Shown here piece by piece: positions 36,491 through 48,759 of a stretch of 64,000 bases of DNA. Position 1 is the stretch's first letter; every line of letters starts with the position of its first letter. The stretch spans positions 8,122,001 through 8,186,000 of the forward strand of contig JBHGNT010000014.1 of assembly GCA_043228905.1 (NCBI GenBank), in the 5' to 3' direction. This DNA is from Azolla caroliniana. Lineage: Eukaryota; Plantae; Polypodiophyta. The translations under genes and the position numbers were made by a program. The notes under the pieces are model-generated. The model searched no databases. It had not been told where the DNA came from and saw nothing but the letters and a program-made list of their open reading frames with translations.

Positions 36491-39046
36491 GGAGTAAGAT
36501 ATTTCATTCTTGCTAGGTTGATGAATGTATTCTGTGCAAGAGATTACCAAAATGTGTATTATGTACATACATGCATATTTGCAAACATTTTCCTAACACG
36601 TTTAAGTAAAGAAACCAATACTCTTTCATCTTCTAGTTCTTAATTCGAACATAGTCTAAAGTTTGAGGAATCTGCCTACAATTGTGAATACATAATTTAA
36701 TAAAAGTTAGATTCGTTGTCCACTCACCTAATGGAACAAGTTATGACTACACATGTGGTTTTTTACTCCTTGTATTTTAAGAATGTGCAATTATAAGTTA
36801 ATGTTGTTGCTTGAAATTGAGGCTCAATGAAGTTTTACTAGTCAAACCAACAATTGAACATATGACTTCTTTTTATCATTATCTCTTACTATTAAGTTCA
36901 CAATGTATAATTAGGATATAGAAAAATATGTTCCAACTATACGTATTGTCTTTTAGGAAGATCTAAAATTTAAGTTATGTGAGTTTCTCAATGATAACAG
37001 CTAGCTAATAAATTGGCGATGTAAATCATTTTTCGTCGATATCTTCTTCTTTTTTCCAAAAAATTCGTCGATATCTTTTGTGTGATTCAATTGAATCTCA
37101 CTCGACATTTTTGAGAAGATTACTCATCCGATATTCCATTAAATTTCAGGTCTGATTCATGGATACCTTTAGTGTGAGATTTTCACTTCAAAATCAACTT
37201 AATAGATACGTTTTGATATTTTTGAGAATGCAAAGACAATATGCATTGCTGAAATATTTAAAATCAAATGGGCCTCAAATATTTAAATAACGGCATCATA
37301 GTATCTATCTTTTTGGGAATGCTAATTGATCATTTATGATAAATAAAGTTTGGGGGAATTTATGCAATAATTCCCACTGGTGAAATTTAGAAAAGTATGA
37401 ACCTAATCCAATTTCATTCACAAGCTCAACAAAAGCTTTAAAGGAGTCTCACTTCCAAGGACTTGGAACTTTCATCTAAAAATCATGGACATACATGACA
37501 ATGCTACAATTGTTTATATATATCATACTTCTCTATATAAAGGCATTCCATTGATGTACACCTAAAGAGTGTTGCTTGAAACATGTTGTTGCTATTAATC
37601 ATTTTTCTTCTTGCACATGTGAAATCCTTCACTTTGGATTACATAGAAACACTAAGTACTGTACATTTTATAATGTGAACAATTGATTACTTTGATTAAT
37701 AATATCGTGATAGCTTCATGAATGAGCTTTAGAAGGAAACGAATATCATGGGCAAAATAAGCTTGTTATAACGTAAGCAAAGTAGTTGTAATATATAGAT
37801 CTCAGTTGCTGAAATGCACAAACATTTAGAAGCTCATCTACAGACATAAGTTACGATACTTTGTTGAACAAATGCCCAAAAATCAAAACAAGGTAGCTAT
37901 CCATCCAAAGCTCTCATTTAACTTGTGGTAATAACTAGTTTAGTTGTGGCATGATAAGATGTGGTGGAAGAATGGAAGTGATATTCAATCAAGTCATGAA
38001 TGAGATAAAGTTCTGGTTCTATTGACCTTTGCTGCCTTGTTGAATTCAAATGTGTCTATCAATCAATTTCCAAAACAAGCTTTTCCTAATTGTACATATC
38101 CTATTAACATAGCAAAAACACCCGTTGATCATATTTTGATGAATGATATTGCATGAAATCCAGCAATGTTGAGAGGAAAAGTTGGAATATGGATCAACGA
38201 ATCTCACCTGACATTTTTGAGGGAAAGCCACAAGAAGTAGAATATGATGTGTACATGATGAAGATGAGAGCACTAGAGAAGCATATTAAGGTTCAAAGAG
38301 AAAAAAAATAGGTATAAAACTTTAAAACCTCAAAGAGATAATATATAAGGCAAGAAAACAAGCCATTACATGGTTAGCACCGTAGACATCACTTTCTCTT
38401 ATTTAAAAAGCTCAATTGTTTTCATTTTTAAATATGAAAGTTGGTAATTTCCAAAAAAATGCAACATGACAATATGTTCAAACTTGGAATATACTCTTTT
38501 ACAGTAACTTTTCACTGTAGGTTTCTCGAGCAATATACAGTTTTTACAACTACAAAGTTATATAGGCTTCCCCAAGATAATAGACAGGTTACCTCTTGAT
38601 GCAAAAGCAGGCAAGGCAGTCAGTGGTAGCTAGAAAAAGAAGCCGCTATCAGGTTCACATTTGACATGGTGGTTTTTAGGCACTAAACAACATTATTATT
38701 ATTTCTATATATCCTTCATTGTTTGAACTTTGGAAAATGTACATGCCACTCCCAGAAAGCAAAAGAAAAAGAGACTAAGGGCAATTGTAAAAGCAAACCC
38801 TTACATTAGGAGGATCTACTTTACAAAAAAGAAGAAGAGGGTCTATTTTACGAAAAAAAGAGAGGGTAAAAAGTATGATGAAGGAAACAAGAAAGATGCC
38901 AATGACTTCTTTGATATATGTATGTATTTCAAGGATATCCTGAGAAACTTAACATTAAAGGGGAAGGGGGGGCAGGGTATAACTAACTAACTAACTAACT
39001 CAACTTCTCATTCGCAAATAAGTAAGTTACTGTTACTACTGGGAAG

Positions 39047-40654
39047 ATGAACACTTCTTATGAAGAAATCACACATGACTTAGATGACCAAGGTGTTGTT
39101 TACAATGTCCTCCCTCTCCATGACATGTTGGCTGATAACGATGCATTGCGCTTCCCGGAGGTTCGTGCTGCAATGCATGCATTGCGTAGCTCAGGCCTCC
39201 CACCACCACCACCGCCGCCGCCGCCGCCGCCGCCGCCACTGCCCCCCCATCCATTTCTCGATGACGACAATGAGCAATTGTCACCATGTAACCATCTTGA
39301 CGATGGGTTCAACCATGATGGTGAATTATATGAATCGATGGCATGGGAACTAGCTGGCAATGATGACATGGACCATGACCACCCTCCGCCAGAACGGACC
39401 CCTCCATCGAGTCCCCCACCTCACCTTGACAGTGGTGACCACGATCCCAATTCCGACCCCGACCCAGGCATAGGCTTAGACCTAGACATAGATGAAAATG
39501 AATCATCAATGATGGCATGGCGAGATAATGATGTGGACATGATGGATTGGCTACGACTCATCTTCGGCTTTCAAGAAGACAATGTAAAGAATCAGAGAGA
39601 GCATATCGTGCTTTTGCTTGCGAACTACCAGATGCGCGTCCAACCGCCTCCGAACCCCATTGACCACCTCGCACCAAAAGTAATCCGCCATCTCCGGAAA
39701 AAACTGCTTACCAACTATGTCAAATGGTGCTCTTTCCTTAAGAATATAAAGCCCAAGTATAACAAGGACTATAACCACAATCTTTGGCTTCACAAGAGCT
39801 GGAAGAAGAATAGCGTCACCCCCAGCCCCAGCGTAGGTTATTTAAGTGATGATGACGAGCAACGTGAGCTCCTCTACTGTTGCCTTTATCTCCTCATTTG
39901 GGGTGAGGCCGCCAACCTCCGCTTCATGCCGGAATGTCTATGCTACATCTTTCACAACATGGCATTTGAGCTGAATTGCATATTAGAAGGGAGGGACAGT
40001 AACTACATCCCTGCTTACTGCAAGAACAATGGGTTCCTTGAGGAGATAGTGAAGCCCATCTATAAGGCTGTGCAAGAAGAAGCTACAGCTTCCAAACATG
40101 GAAGAGCCTTTCACTCTGCATGGAGAAACTATGACGACATGAACGAGTTCTTCTGGTCACATAGCTGCATCTCTCTGGGATGGCCACCCGACAGCTCTTC
40201 CCTGTATTTGGCTACAGCTGCTCCTGCTCCTCCTCCTCAATTACAGTCACAATCAGCCAACCACCAAAGCCAACAACAACAACAAGAACAGCCCAAGCAG
40301 AAGATTCACAAAGTGCGGAAAACCGGGTTTGTGGAGCAACGTTCATTCATCAACATTTACCGCAGTTTCGACCATCTCTGGACTGGGCTCATCCTCATGC
40401 TTCAAGCCATGATGATTCTTGCATTTAATGGGGACGGCATACCTTGGCATGTGCTTTATGATCGGGATGTGCAAGGTACCATGCTTACCATCTTTGTCAC
40501 GTGGTCAGGCCTTCGGATCCTGCAAGCCGTGCTTGACATGATCACCCAACGAAGCTTAATCTCCGCAGAGACAAGGCACGTTGGTGTCCGCATGGTCCTG
40601 AAGCTACTTGTGGCGTGTGGATGGACCTCCATCTTCTCCTTCTTGCTGGCACAG
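39047..40654 (+). CDS. CALS: Callose synthase (1,3-beta-glucan synthase), exon 1
   Basis: YNVLP...LRFPEVRAA, FGFQEDNVKNQREH, LYLLIWGEAANLRFMPEC and WRNYDD; donor CAG|gtacaa in phase 0. Confidence 0.93.
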
Positions 40655-40763
40655 GTACAAAATATACATATGTACATATTGAACATTCATGATTCTTATA
40701 TGAATTTTACGTTTGCTTTGGTAGTTACTGTAGTGGAATTGATTGATTTATTGATTGATTGAG

Positions 40764-40766
<3 letters not shown>

Positions 40767-40823
<57 letters not shown>

Positions 40824-40840
40824 TGTGTGTGTGTGTGTGG
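40767..40840. repeat. (GA)n/(GT)n microsatellite in the callose synthase intron
   Basis: Direct reading. Confidence 0.95.
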
Positions 40841-40986
40841 GAGTGTGTGGATGTATGTGCAATGTGCAAGAAAGAAAGAACGAAAGAACGAAAGAAAGAG
40901 AGAGGGTTTCTTATTATTTATTTATTTATTTATACATACATACATACTGATACTGATTACTGATACTGATACTGATACTGATACAG

Positions 40987-43900
40987 GTATGGATAAAGAG
41001 AACAGAAGATAGGGGATGGTCAGCAGAAGCAAACTTGCAGCTCCTCCAGTTCCTGGAGACTGCGGCTGTGTTCATCCTTCCGGAAATGGTAGCTCTACTT
41101 CTCTTCATCCTCCCGTGGATACGGAACTTTGCTGAGAGGACGGATTGGTGCATCTTCCATGTAATGACATGGTGGTTCCAGACACGCATGTTTGTGGCTC
41201 GAGGATTGCGCGAGAATGTTATCGACAATGTCAAGTATACAATGTTCTGGCTGGCTGTCCTCTCCGCCAAGTTCTCGTTTAGTTACTTCTTGCAAGTGAA
41301 ACCCTTGGTAGAACCAACGAGGGAGCTTCTTAATCTTGGCCCAGTTTCCTTTGAATGGCATGAGGTTTTTGGGAACCACAACAGGTTCCTGGTAGCTGTC
41401 ATCTGGGCTCCTGTCATTCTCGTCTACTTGATGGACATACAAATTTGGTATGCCGTGTTCTCATCGGGGATCGGGGCTATACTAGGCCTTTCCGCTCACA
41501 TCGGGGAGATTCGCAACATGCAACAACTTAAGCTTAGGTTTCCTTTCTTTGCCAGTGCAATCACATTCAACCTGGCGCTACAGGAAGGGTTATTAGGAGT
41601 TGATATAACCCCACATTCCCGATGGATATCATTGCTTAAGGACATGTTGAGGAGGGTTAAGCTCAGGTATGGCTTAGGGAAAGACTACCGGAAATTTGAA
41701 TCAAATACTCTGGAGGCACGCAAATTCGCGTACTTGTGGAATAAGATCATCCTCTTCTTTAGAGAAGAAGACCTTGTGAGTAACCACGAGGTGGAGCTAC
41801 TAGAGATTCCAACCTCATCATGGGATGTGAGTGTGGTTCAATGGCCTTCCGTTTTCCTCTCCAACGAGGTCCTCATCGCCTTGAGTATCACTGAGGATTG
41901 GCATGGCCATGATGACAAGAGGCTATGGTCTAAAATATGCAAGAATGAGTATAGAAGGTGTGCTGTGGTGGAGTGTTATGATAGTCTGAAACACCTACTG
42001 TTCATGATACTGAAGGAGAAGAGCAAGGAACATGCGATCGTGAAATCTATATTCCAAGAGATAGAAGGGGATATGGAAGAAGGGAGGTTTTGTCAAATGT
42101 ATAAGTTAGGTGAGTTAGTAGAGATACACTCTTGGGTCTTAACCTTAGTGAATGAGCTTTTAGAACCTAACCCATCTAATGAAAGCATAGTGGGAGCTCT
42201 ACAAAATTTGTACGATGTGGTCATGAGAGACTTTCCACGAACTCAGAATGAAGCACGAGGAGAAAGAGAGTTGTTTCACATTGAAGAAGAAGAAGCAGAA
42301 GAAACTGGCCGCCTCCTCCATCATGAGATGGATTATATGAAGAGAAGGGAGCCTTTGCAAGGGCTACATGGTATTGCTGCTAGGGCAGCTAAACACAAGA
42401 GGCTACTCTTTGTGAAAGCAGTGCGTTCAATACCAAAAGAAAGGGAGGATCTCCAGCGTTGGGTACGACGCCTTCGGACGATCTTAAGCACTCGGGAGGC
42501 AATGAATAATGTGCCAAAGAATCTCGATGCTCGCCGACGTATTGCATTCTTTAGTAACTCTATCTTCATGAATATGCCTCGTGCTCCCTCAGTTGAAAGA
42601 ATGTTTTCATTTAGTGTTCTCACTCCGTATTACAATGAGGATGTTATCTACAGTGATGATAAGCTATTGGAAGCAAACGAATATGGCGTGAACACACTCT
42701 TCTATCTTCAGAATGTCTACCCTGATGAATGGAAGAACTGGCTGGAACGGAAAGGATTGGATCGCATTGAGCATCCTTTACCACAGAACATGTTACTGGA
42801 GCTTAGGCTTTGGGCTTCCTACCGAAGCCAAACACTGGGCAGAACCGTGAGAGGAATGATGTACTATGTACACGCTCTTGAAACCCTTGCTTATCTTGAC
42901 ACCGCATCTGAGTTTGATCTCAAACAAGATCTTAATTCACTTGAGAGAGTCTCAGAGAGTTTCAAACCGTATTTCCCATCACCATCTGGCGATGGAAGTG
43001 GTACAAATATTAATAATGAGGGCAATATGCATATTATTAACATGAACAGAGCCACAACTCTACTGAAGTTCACTTATGTTGTAGCATGCCAGATCTATGG
43101 AGCCCATAAAGAGAAACAAGATCCAAAAGCAGCCGACATTCTCCACCTCATGAAGACGTACCCGGCCATGCGTGTTGCATATGTGGACGAGGATGAGAAA
43201 CACAATAAGTACTACTCTGTTCTAGTTAAGTATGACTTTGAGCTGAAGAAAGAAGTTGAGATTTATCGGATCCAGCTCCCAGGGCCACTCAAGCTTGGAG
43301 AAGGAAAACCCGAAAACCAAAACCATGCTTTAATCTTTACTAGAGGAGATGCATTGCAAGCCATCGATATGAACCAAGACAATTACTTCGAAGAAGCTCT
43401 CAAGGTGAGAAACCTTTTGCAAGAGTTTACAAAACATTATGGATTGAGCAAACCGCAATTGTTGGGGGTACGGGAGCATGTGTTCACGGGATCGGTATCT
43501 TCTTTAGCTTGGTTCATGTCAGCACAAGAGAGTAGTTTTGTGACACTTGGCCAAAGAGTGTTGGCCAATCTTCTTAAAATAAGGATGCATTATGGTCACC
43601 CTGATGTCTTTGATAGGCTTTGGTTCCTAACAAGGGGGGGTATAAGCAAAGCCTCCAAAGTCATCAACATTAGTGAGGACATATTTGCTGGGTTTAATTG
43701 CACTCTAAGGGGCGGCAATATTACACATCATGAGTATATTCAAGTCGGGAAAGGGCGCGATGTTGGGTTGAATCAAATCGCAACTTTCGAGGCAAAAGTC
43801 TCTAGTGGGAATGGAGAACAGATGTTAAGTCGAGATGTTTATAGACTCGGCCATCGCCTTGACTTCTTTCGAATGCTCTCTTTCTACTACACTACAGTTG

Positions 43901-45213
43901 GGTTTTACATAAGTAGCATGATAACTATCCTAACTATCTATGTTTTCCTATGGGGCCGAGTATACCTCGCATTAAGCGGAATCGAAGATAGTATCGAAAG
44001 TAGCTTTTCGAATTCGGCCCTAACTGCCTCTCTCAATCAACAATTTCTAGTTCAATTAGGGATAGTGACTGCATTGCCGATGATGGTTGAGAATTCGTTG
44101 GAACGAGGTTTTAGCACAGCTATATGGGATTTCATGACAATGCAGTTAGAGTTGTGCACTGTCTTTTTCACATTCTCATTGGGCACAAAAGGTCACTACT
44201 TTGGAAGGACACTTTTGCATGGAGGTGCAAAATACCGTGCCACTGGGCGGAATTTTGTCGTAAAGCGCGAGAAATTCACCGTGAATTATCGCCTCTTCTC
44301 AAGAAGCCATTTCATAAAAGCCGTGGAGATTGTAGTTCTATTGATAATTTATGAGTCATATGGTGGTTTAGCTAAAAAGTCAGCGGTATACTTTCTATTG
44401 ACAATGTCTAGTTGGTGTTTAGCATTTTCATGGGTCATGGCACCTTTCTTGTTCAATCCCTCGGGTTTTGATTGGTGGCAAATAGTGCAAGACTGCGATG
44501 AGTTTCACAATTGGCTATGGTACAAAGGAGGAGTTATGGGAACAAAACCCGAGGAGAGTTGGGAAGTGTGGTGGAATAATCACTATGATTACCTAAGAAC
44601 CACAGGGTTTTGGGGTAAAGTGGTTGAAGTCATCCTAAGCCTAAGGTTCTTCCTCATCCAATATGGTGTGGTTTATAGGCTTCACATTGCTTCCAATAAC
44701 AAGAGCATCATTGTATACCTTCTCTCTTGGCTATATATATTAGGGGCCTTGTTAGTTTGTATTCTATTAGCTTATGCCGAAGAGAAGTACTCAGCAAGAT
44801 CCCATCTATACTATAGAACAATCCAACTCTTGGTCACTCTTTTTATTGGTTTTATCATTATATTGCTCCTTGAAATGACCCCCTTCCAATTCTCGGATCT
44901 TTTCCTTAGTCTTTTGGCATTTATTCCCACAGGATGGGGGCTTATCAATATTTGCCTAGTCATGAGACCTCACCTTGTGAAAACTCGTGTTTGGCCAATT
45001 GTTGTCGCAATTGCACGTCTTTATGAGTTTGCCATTGGGATCATGGTTATGATTCCTTTGGGAATCTTATCTTGGTTTCCTGGATTCCAAAAAATGCAGA
45101 CAAGAATACTCTTCAATCAAGCTTTTCTTAGAGGTCTTCATATCCAGAAAATACTCTATGGAAGGTTAATGTCCAAGAGACGTCATCCTCACGGTTCAGA
45201 CTCCATTATGTGA
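40987..45213 (+). CDS. CALS: Callose synthase exon 2; CalS11/CalS12 (GSL1/GSL5)-like, ~1944 aa spliced
   Basis: Acceptor tacag|GTA is in frame with ORF 41035; ARRRIAFFSNS, LWASYR, GEGKPENQN, DMNQD, RMHYGHPD, SEDIFAG and QVGKGRDVG are intact; intron-poor structure fits this clade. Confidence 0.95.
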   Translation, partial: VWIKRTEDRGWSAEANLQLLQFLETAAVFILPEMVALLLFILPWIRNFAERTDWCIFHVMTWWFQTRMFVARGLRENVIDNVKYTMFWLAVLSAKFSFSYFLQVKPLVEPTRELLNLGPVSFEWHEVFGNHNRFLVAVIWAPVILVYLMDIQIWYAVFSSGIGAILGLSAHIGEIRNMQQLKLRFPFFASAITFNLALQEGLLGVDITPHSRWISLLKDMLRRVKLRYGLGKDYRKFESNTLEARKFAYLWNKIILFFREEDLVSNHEVELLEIPTSSWDVSVVQWPSVFLSNEVLIALSITEDWHGHDDKRLWSKICKNEYRRCAVVECYDSLKHLLFMILKEKSKEHAIVKSIFQEIEGDMEEGRFCQMYKLGELVEIHSWVLTLVNELLEPNPSNESIVGALQNLYDVVMRDFPRTQNEARGERELFHIEEEEAEETGRLLHHEMDYMKRREPLQGLHGIAARAAKHKRLLFVKAVRSIPKEREDLQRWVRRLRTILSTREAMNNVPKNLDARRRIAFFSNSIFMNMPRAPSVERMFSFSVLTPYYNEDVIYSDDKLLEANEYGVNTLFYLQNVYPDEWKNWLERKGLDRIEHPLPQNMLLELRLWASYRSQTLGRTVRGMMYYVHALETLAYLDTASEFDLKQDLNSLERVSESFKPYFPSPSGDGSGTNINNEGNMHIINMNRATTLLKFTYVVACQIYGAHKEKQDPKAADILHLMKTYPAMRVAYVDEDEKHNKYYSVLVKYDFELKKEVEIYRIQLPGPLKLGEGKPENQNHALIFTRGDALQAIDMNQDNYFEEALKVRNLLQEFTKHYGLSKPQLLGVREHVFTGSVSSLAWFMSAQESSFVTLGQRVLANLLKIRMHYGHPDVFDRLWFLTRGGISKASKVINISEDIFAGFNCTLRGGNITHHEYIQVGKGRDVGLNQIATFEAKVSSGNGEQMLSRDVYRLGHRLDFFRMLSFYYTTVGFYISSMITILTIYVFLWGRVYLALSGIEDSIESSFSNSALTASLNQQFLVQLGIVTALPMMVENSLERGFSTAIWDFMTMQLELCTVFFTFSLGTKGHYFGRTLLHGGAKYRATGRNFVVKREKFTVNYRLFSRSHFIKAVEIVVLLIIYESYGGLAKKSAVYFLLTMSSWCLAFSWVMAPFLFNPSGFDWWQIVQDCDEFHNWLWYKGGVMGTKPEESWEVWWNNHYDYLRTTGFWGKVVEVILSLRFFLIQYGVVYRLHIASNNKSIIVYLLSWLYILGALLVCILLAYAEEKYSARSHLYYRTIQLLVTLFIGFIIILLLEMTPFQFSDLFLSLLAFIPTGWGLINICLVMRPHLVKTRVWPIVVAIARLYEFAIGIMVMIPLGILSWFPGFQKMQTRILFNQAFLRGLHIQKILYGRLMSKRRHPHGSDSIM

Positions 45214-45688
45214 CTACTAATACTCAAGTGTTTCCCTTTAAAATCATAATTTCTGTAAGAATGAAAGCTATGTAACTGTTTCCATCAGCTTAAGTAAGCT
45301 ATATATATGTTCCAAGAAACCAAGTTTCTCATAAGAAAACTATTATTTAATATTTCCCAAGAAAACTATTATTTCGTTTTACAAAACGAGAAGTTTCTTC
45401 TAACAAACTTTGTTTTTGGTTTCGAAAAGCTATATATATTTATGGAAAAATTGATTTTATCTACAATATTTTTGTTGGGATGGTCTTATAATTGTCTCCT
45501 CATATGTTAATATAATCTTTATCTAGGATTGTTAGCAAGGTAGGTTGGTGGAGTTTCGATATTGCTCATTGTAATATTTATCTAGGATTGTTAGCAAGGT
45601 AGGTTAGCAAAATGTAAAAGAAAGACTTTACATGTGCAAGTGTGTGCAAATAAATCAACATGTGTTCTTTTTTTGTGAATTTTGATGT

Positions 45689-47571
45689 CAAAATAATAGT
45701 CTCAATATTCTGTACATAGAATGTGCTCAAAGAGCACTGTTATACAAGTCCATAAAGGACTGACAGGTATTTCAATGCTCACATGAGCGACTATCACTGG
45801 CTCTCAAAAATATGCCTACGTACTAGGATGGATCCGTAGGCCTCTAACGGCCTACCGGTTTCAATCCGATAAGGGTCTCCGATCCGGCTCTTGGTTTCGG
45901 ATATCATCCATGCATTCCCCGTGCAGGAAGCCGAGGAGACGGTTTACACGCAAAGAAAAAGGGAAGAAGAAGGTGTTGGATTATGGCATGGATAGGAACG
46001 AGTCGGATCGACACGAGTCTGACTCCGAGGGAAGTGACGACGGGTCTTTGAGAGCGAAGTCCACGTTAGCCATGAAAGCCTCAACATTGGCTAATGAGCA
46101 ATTACGCCGATCAACCCGCCAGAAGAACCCTGTTGTGCGGTTCGGTTACAACGAGTACATGGCGCATCACTATGCATACATGATGCGTGTAGCGGAAGTG
46201 CGTGAGCCAGAGAGCTACGTAGAAGCGGCGAAGGACGCGAATTGGCGTGCCGCAACGGAGGAAGAGATGCGCGCATTGGCAGAGAATGAAACTTGGGACT
46301 TGATTGACGCACCAAAAGGTGTGAAGCCTCGGATGTAGGTGGGTGTACAAGGTCAAGTACAACATTGACGGCTCGACCAACCGCTACAAGGCCCGGTTAG
46401 TAGCAAAAGGCTACGCGCAGAAACACGGCATCGACTACAATGAAATGTTTGCGCCGGTCGCGAAGATGACGACCGTTCGTGTTTTGCTCGTAGTCGCACC
46501 GTCCGTCCTCTCCGGTGAAGTCGAACTTCAGTATGTTCCGACGGATCGGCAAAACGCCGACATCTTCACCAAGCCTCTTGGTTTTGACAAGTTGCTGCAA
46601 TTCTCGGGTGCGCTTGGGTTGCGTCACCTCGACGTGCTGAACTTGAGGGGGAGAGACGTTCCGGAAGACGAAGACCGCGACGCCGAGTTGGATGACGAAT
46701 TCGATTTCGGACCGGTTGAAGAAGTCGAGGGCGGACCCGCGGAAGATTCCGAAAGGAGACATAAGGGGAACAGTTGAGAGAAAGAGCCAAAGCCAACCAA
46801 GGGCGAGAAGACCGAGGATGAGTTGGAGACAGCCAAGTCCAACGAGAGAGAAAACCGATCGGAGGAAGCCGAGTTGGTTCAGATGTTTGATTCGGATACG
46901 TTGAATCAACCAAGGGCCAAGCGGAAGAGAAGGCAACAGAAGAGGCGCCAACACCGCAACAACAAGGAAGCCGAGAAGGGCTGTGTGAGCAGACAAGTCG
47001 ACCGAAAGGGTCAAGACGCGTGGAATCGAACAAGTCGAGGAGTGCGAGCGAAGCGTGAAGCCAGAAGGAACTGAAGAGCAGATCCGGAAGAGTAGATGGA
47101 ACCTCAAGTTGAGCTTGAGGGGGAGTGTTGAGATACAAGCTCAACATTGGCCGGATTGGCCGTGCAAGCCGAGAACCGAATCGGTTAGGCCGGACCGGTG
47201 CGTAAAACGGGTGTGTAAACCAGTACGCAAACCGGTGCGTAAACCGCGAGGCTGTTGGAAAGATATTCCGTGTAGGAATATATTTTGGGAGTTAGCGTAG
47301 AGCTCAGTTATGAGCATTGAAGTACATGTTAGTACTTCAGTCAGTCCGTATGGACTTGTATAAAAGTGCTCACTGAGCACGTCCTATGTACAGATTGAGT
47401 ATTATTTTTTAATCGAGTTTTTCTGTGTGCTCTCTCTCTATCTCTCCCGCGTGCTCTGCATATACAAGCTCTCCATTAAACCTGCGTATTTACTGCGTTC
47501 GATTTCCTATTGCTTCCGCACGCTATTCTTCACAAAACTCGACACACACATAGAGTACGCATATGTAGGAG

Positions 47572-47619
<48 letters not shown>

Positions 47620-47762
47620 TATATTATCGTCTTCGGAGATCAAATATGACCTATGAGACCAAAAATATTACATTTCACATGATACGTGTGAAAGTGAGTA
47701 GTGACTCTCAATGTTCAAGAACTTTACCAATGAATGTTGCAATCGAGAGTGCACATTGTGGT

Positions 47763-47801
<39 letters not shown>

Positions 47802-48045
47802 AGAACATAAAACTCTATTCAAAATAATACTCTCAATATTCTGTACATAGAATGTGCTCAGAGAGCACTGTTATACAAGTCCATAAAGGACTGACAGGTA
47901 TTTCAATGCGCACATGAGCGACTATCACTGGCTCTCAAAAATATGCCTACGTACTAGGCTGGATCCGTAGGCCTCTAACGGCCTACCGGTTTCAATCCGA
48001 TACGGGTCTCCGATCCGGCTCCTGGTTCCGGATATCATCCGGATA
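45689..48045. mobile_element. Mosaic Copia-derived insertion bounded by a 23-bp direct repeat
   Basis: tctttttttgtgaattttgatgt at 45666-45688 and 48046-48068; contains minus LTR pieces, + strand RT/RNase H with an internal deletion, and a + strand LTR at 47126-47534. Confidence 0.8.
47573..47618. repeat. (GATA)n microsatellite
   Basis: Direct reading. Confidence 0.95.
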
Positions 48046-48370
48046 TCTTTTTTTGTGAATTTTGATGTGTGTGCACATTGGCACATGCATGTGCTTTAAT
48101 ATGAACATGATGATTTAAATATGAGCGTTAGGGGTTTGTGCATGCTTGACTGCCAAGTTTGTAAATATTTAAAATGTGAATGGTAACTATTTACATGTAT
48201 ATGAATTTGGTTGATATGTGTGTATTTGTGTGTATGTTTTATTAAGTTATGTGTATATTTGTAAGTCCCATGGAAAGGTGTATATTTGTAGGAAACAAAA
48301 AATATATTTGTAAAGGGGAGTATGTGTGAAGGTGTTAATGGTACTTTGGATATATATATATATATATATC

Positions 48371-48759
48371 GGAAAGCGCTACTTGCCCCCCCCCATTTTG
48401 GCTATCCCTCCCTCCCCCCCATTTTTTTTACAATTGGATGAAGCAAGTCAGGCACCACTGTAGTCTCTCTCCAATCCAGTGGTGGTGACTAGGAAGCGAG
48501 GTCGCCCTGCAGGGTCGAAGAACAAAAAAGGCCAACCAAAGGGAGAAGTCACTATTTGAGTACTCTACCGGTCGCAAATGTTCCAAATGTGGGCAAGCTG
48601 GTCACAATGCACACACTTGCGATATGCGAGAATCTAAGCTATGTTGAGTTTATTAATTAATTAATAAACAATTTCATTTGGTTATATTACTTTCTATAAA
48701 TTTAATGGGGGGGGGGGGGGGGGGGATAGCCAAAATGGGGGGGGCAAATAGCGCTTTCC
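48371..48759 (+). mobile_element. Non-autonomous Mutator-like TIR element (MITE) in (TA)n
   Basis: TIRs ggaaagcgcta.ttgcccccc..cattttggctatccc; internal RKRGRPAGSKNKK and CSKCGQAGHNAHTC remnants. Confidence 0.8.

Noticed and set aside
38730-38990. Lys-rich ORF as an upstream callose synthase exon
   Set aside because: A-rich low-complexity sequence with a TTG start; the ATG at 39047 already gives the expected CalS11/12-type N-terminus
39047-45213. Two separate genes or a frameshifted pseudogene
   Set aside because: A GT-AG intron at 40655-40986 joins the two ORFs in frame
45689-48040. TRIM or LTR element with 222-bp LTRs
   Set aside because: The repeats lack TG/CA ends, PBS and PPT, are internal LTR pieces opposite in orientation to the enclosed pol, and are flanked by a 23-bp rather than 5-bp duplication
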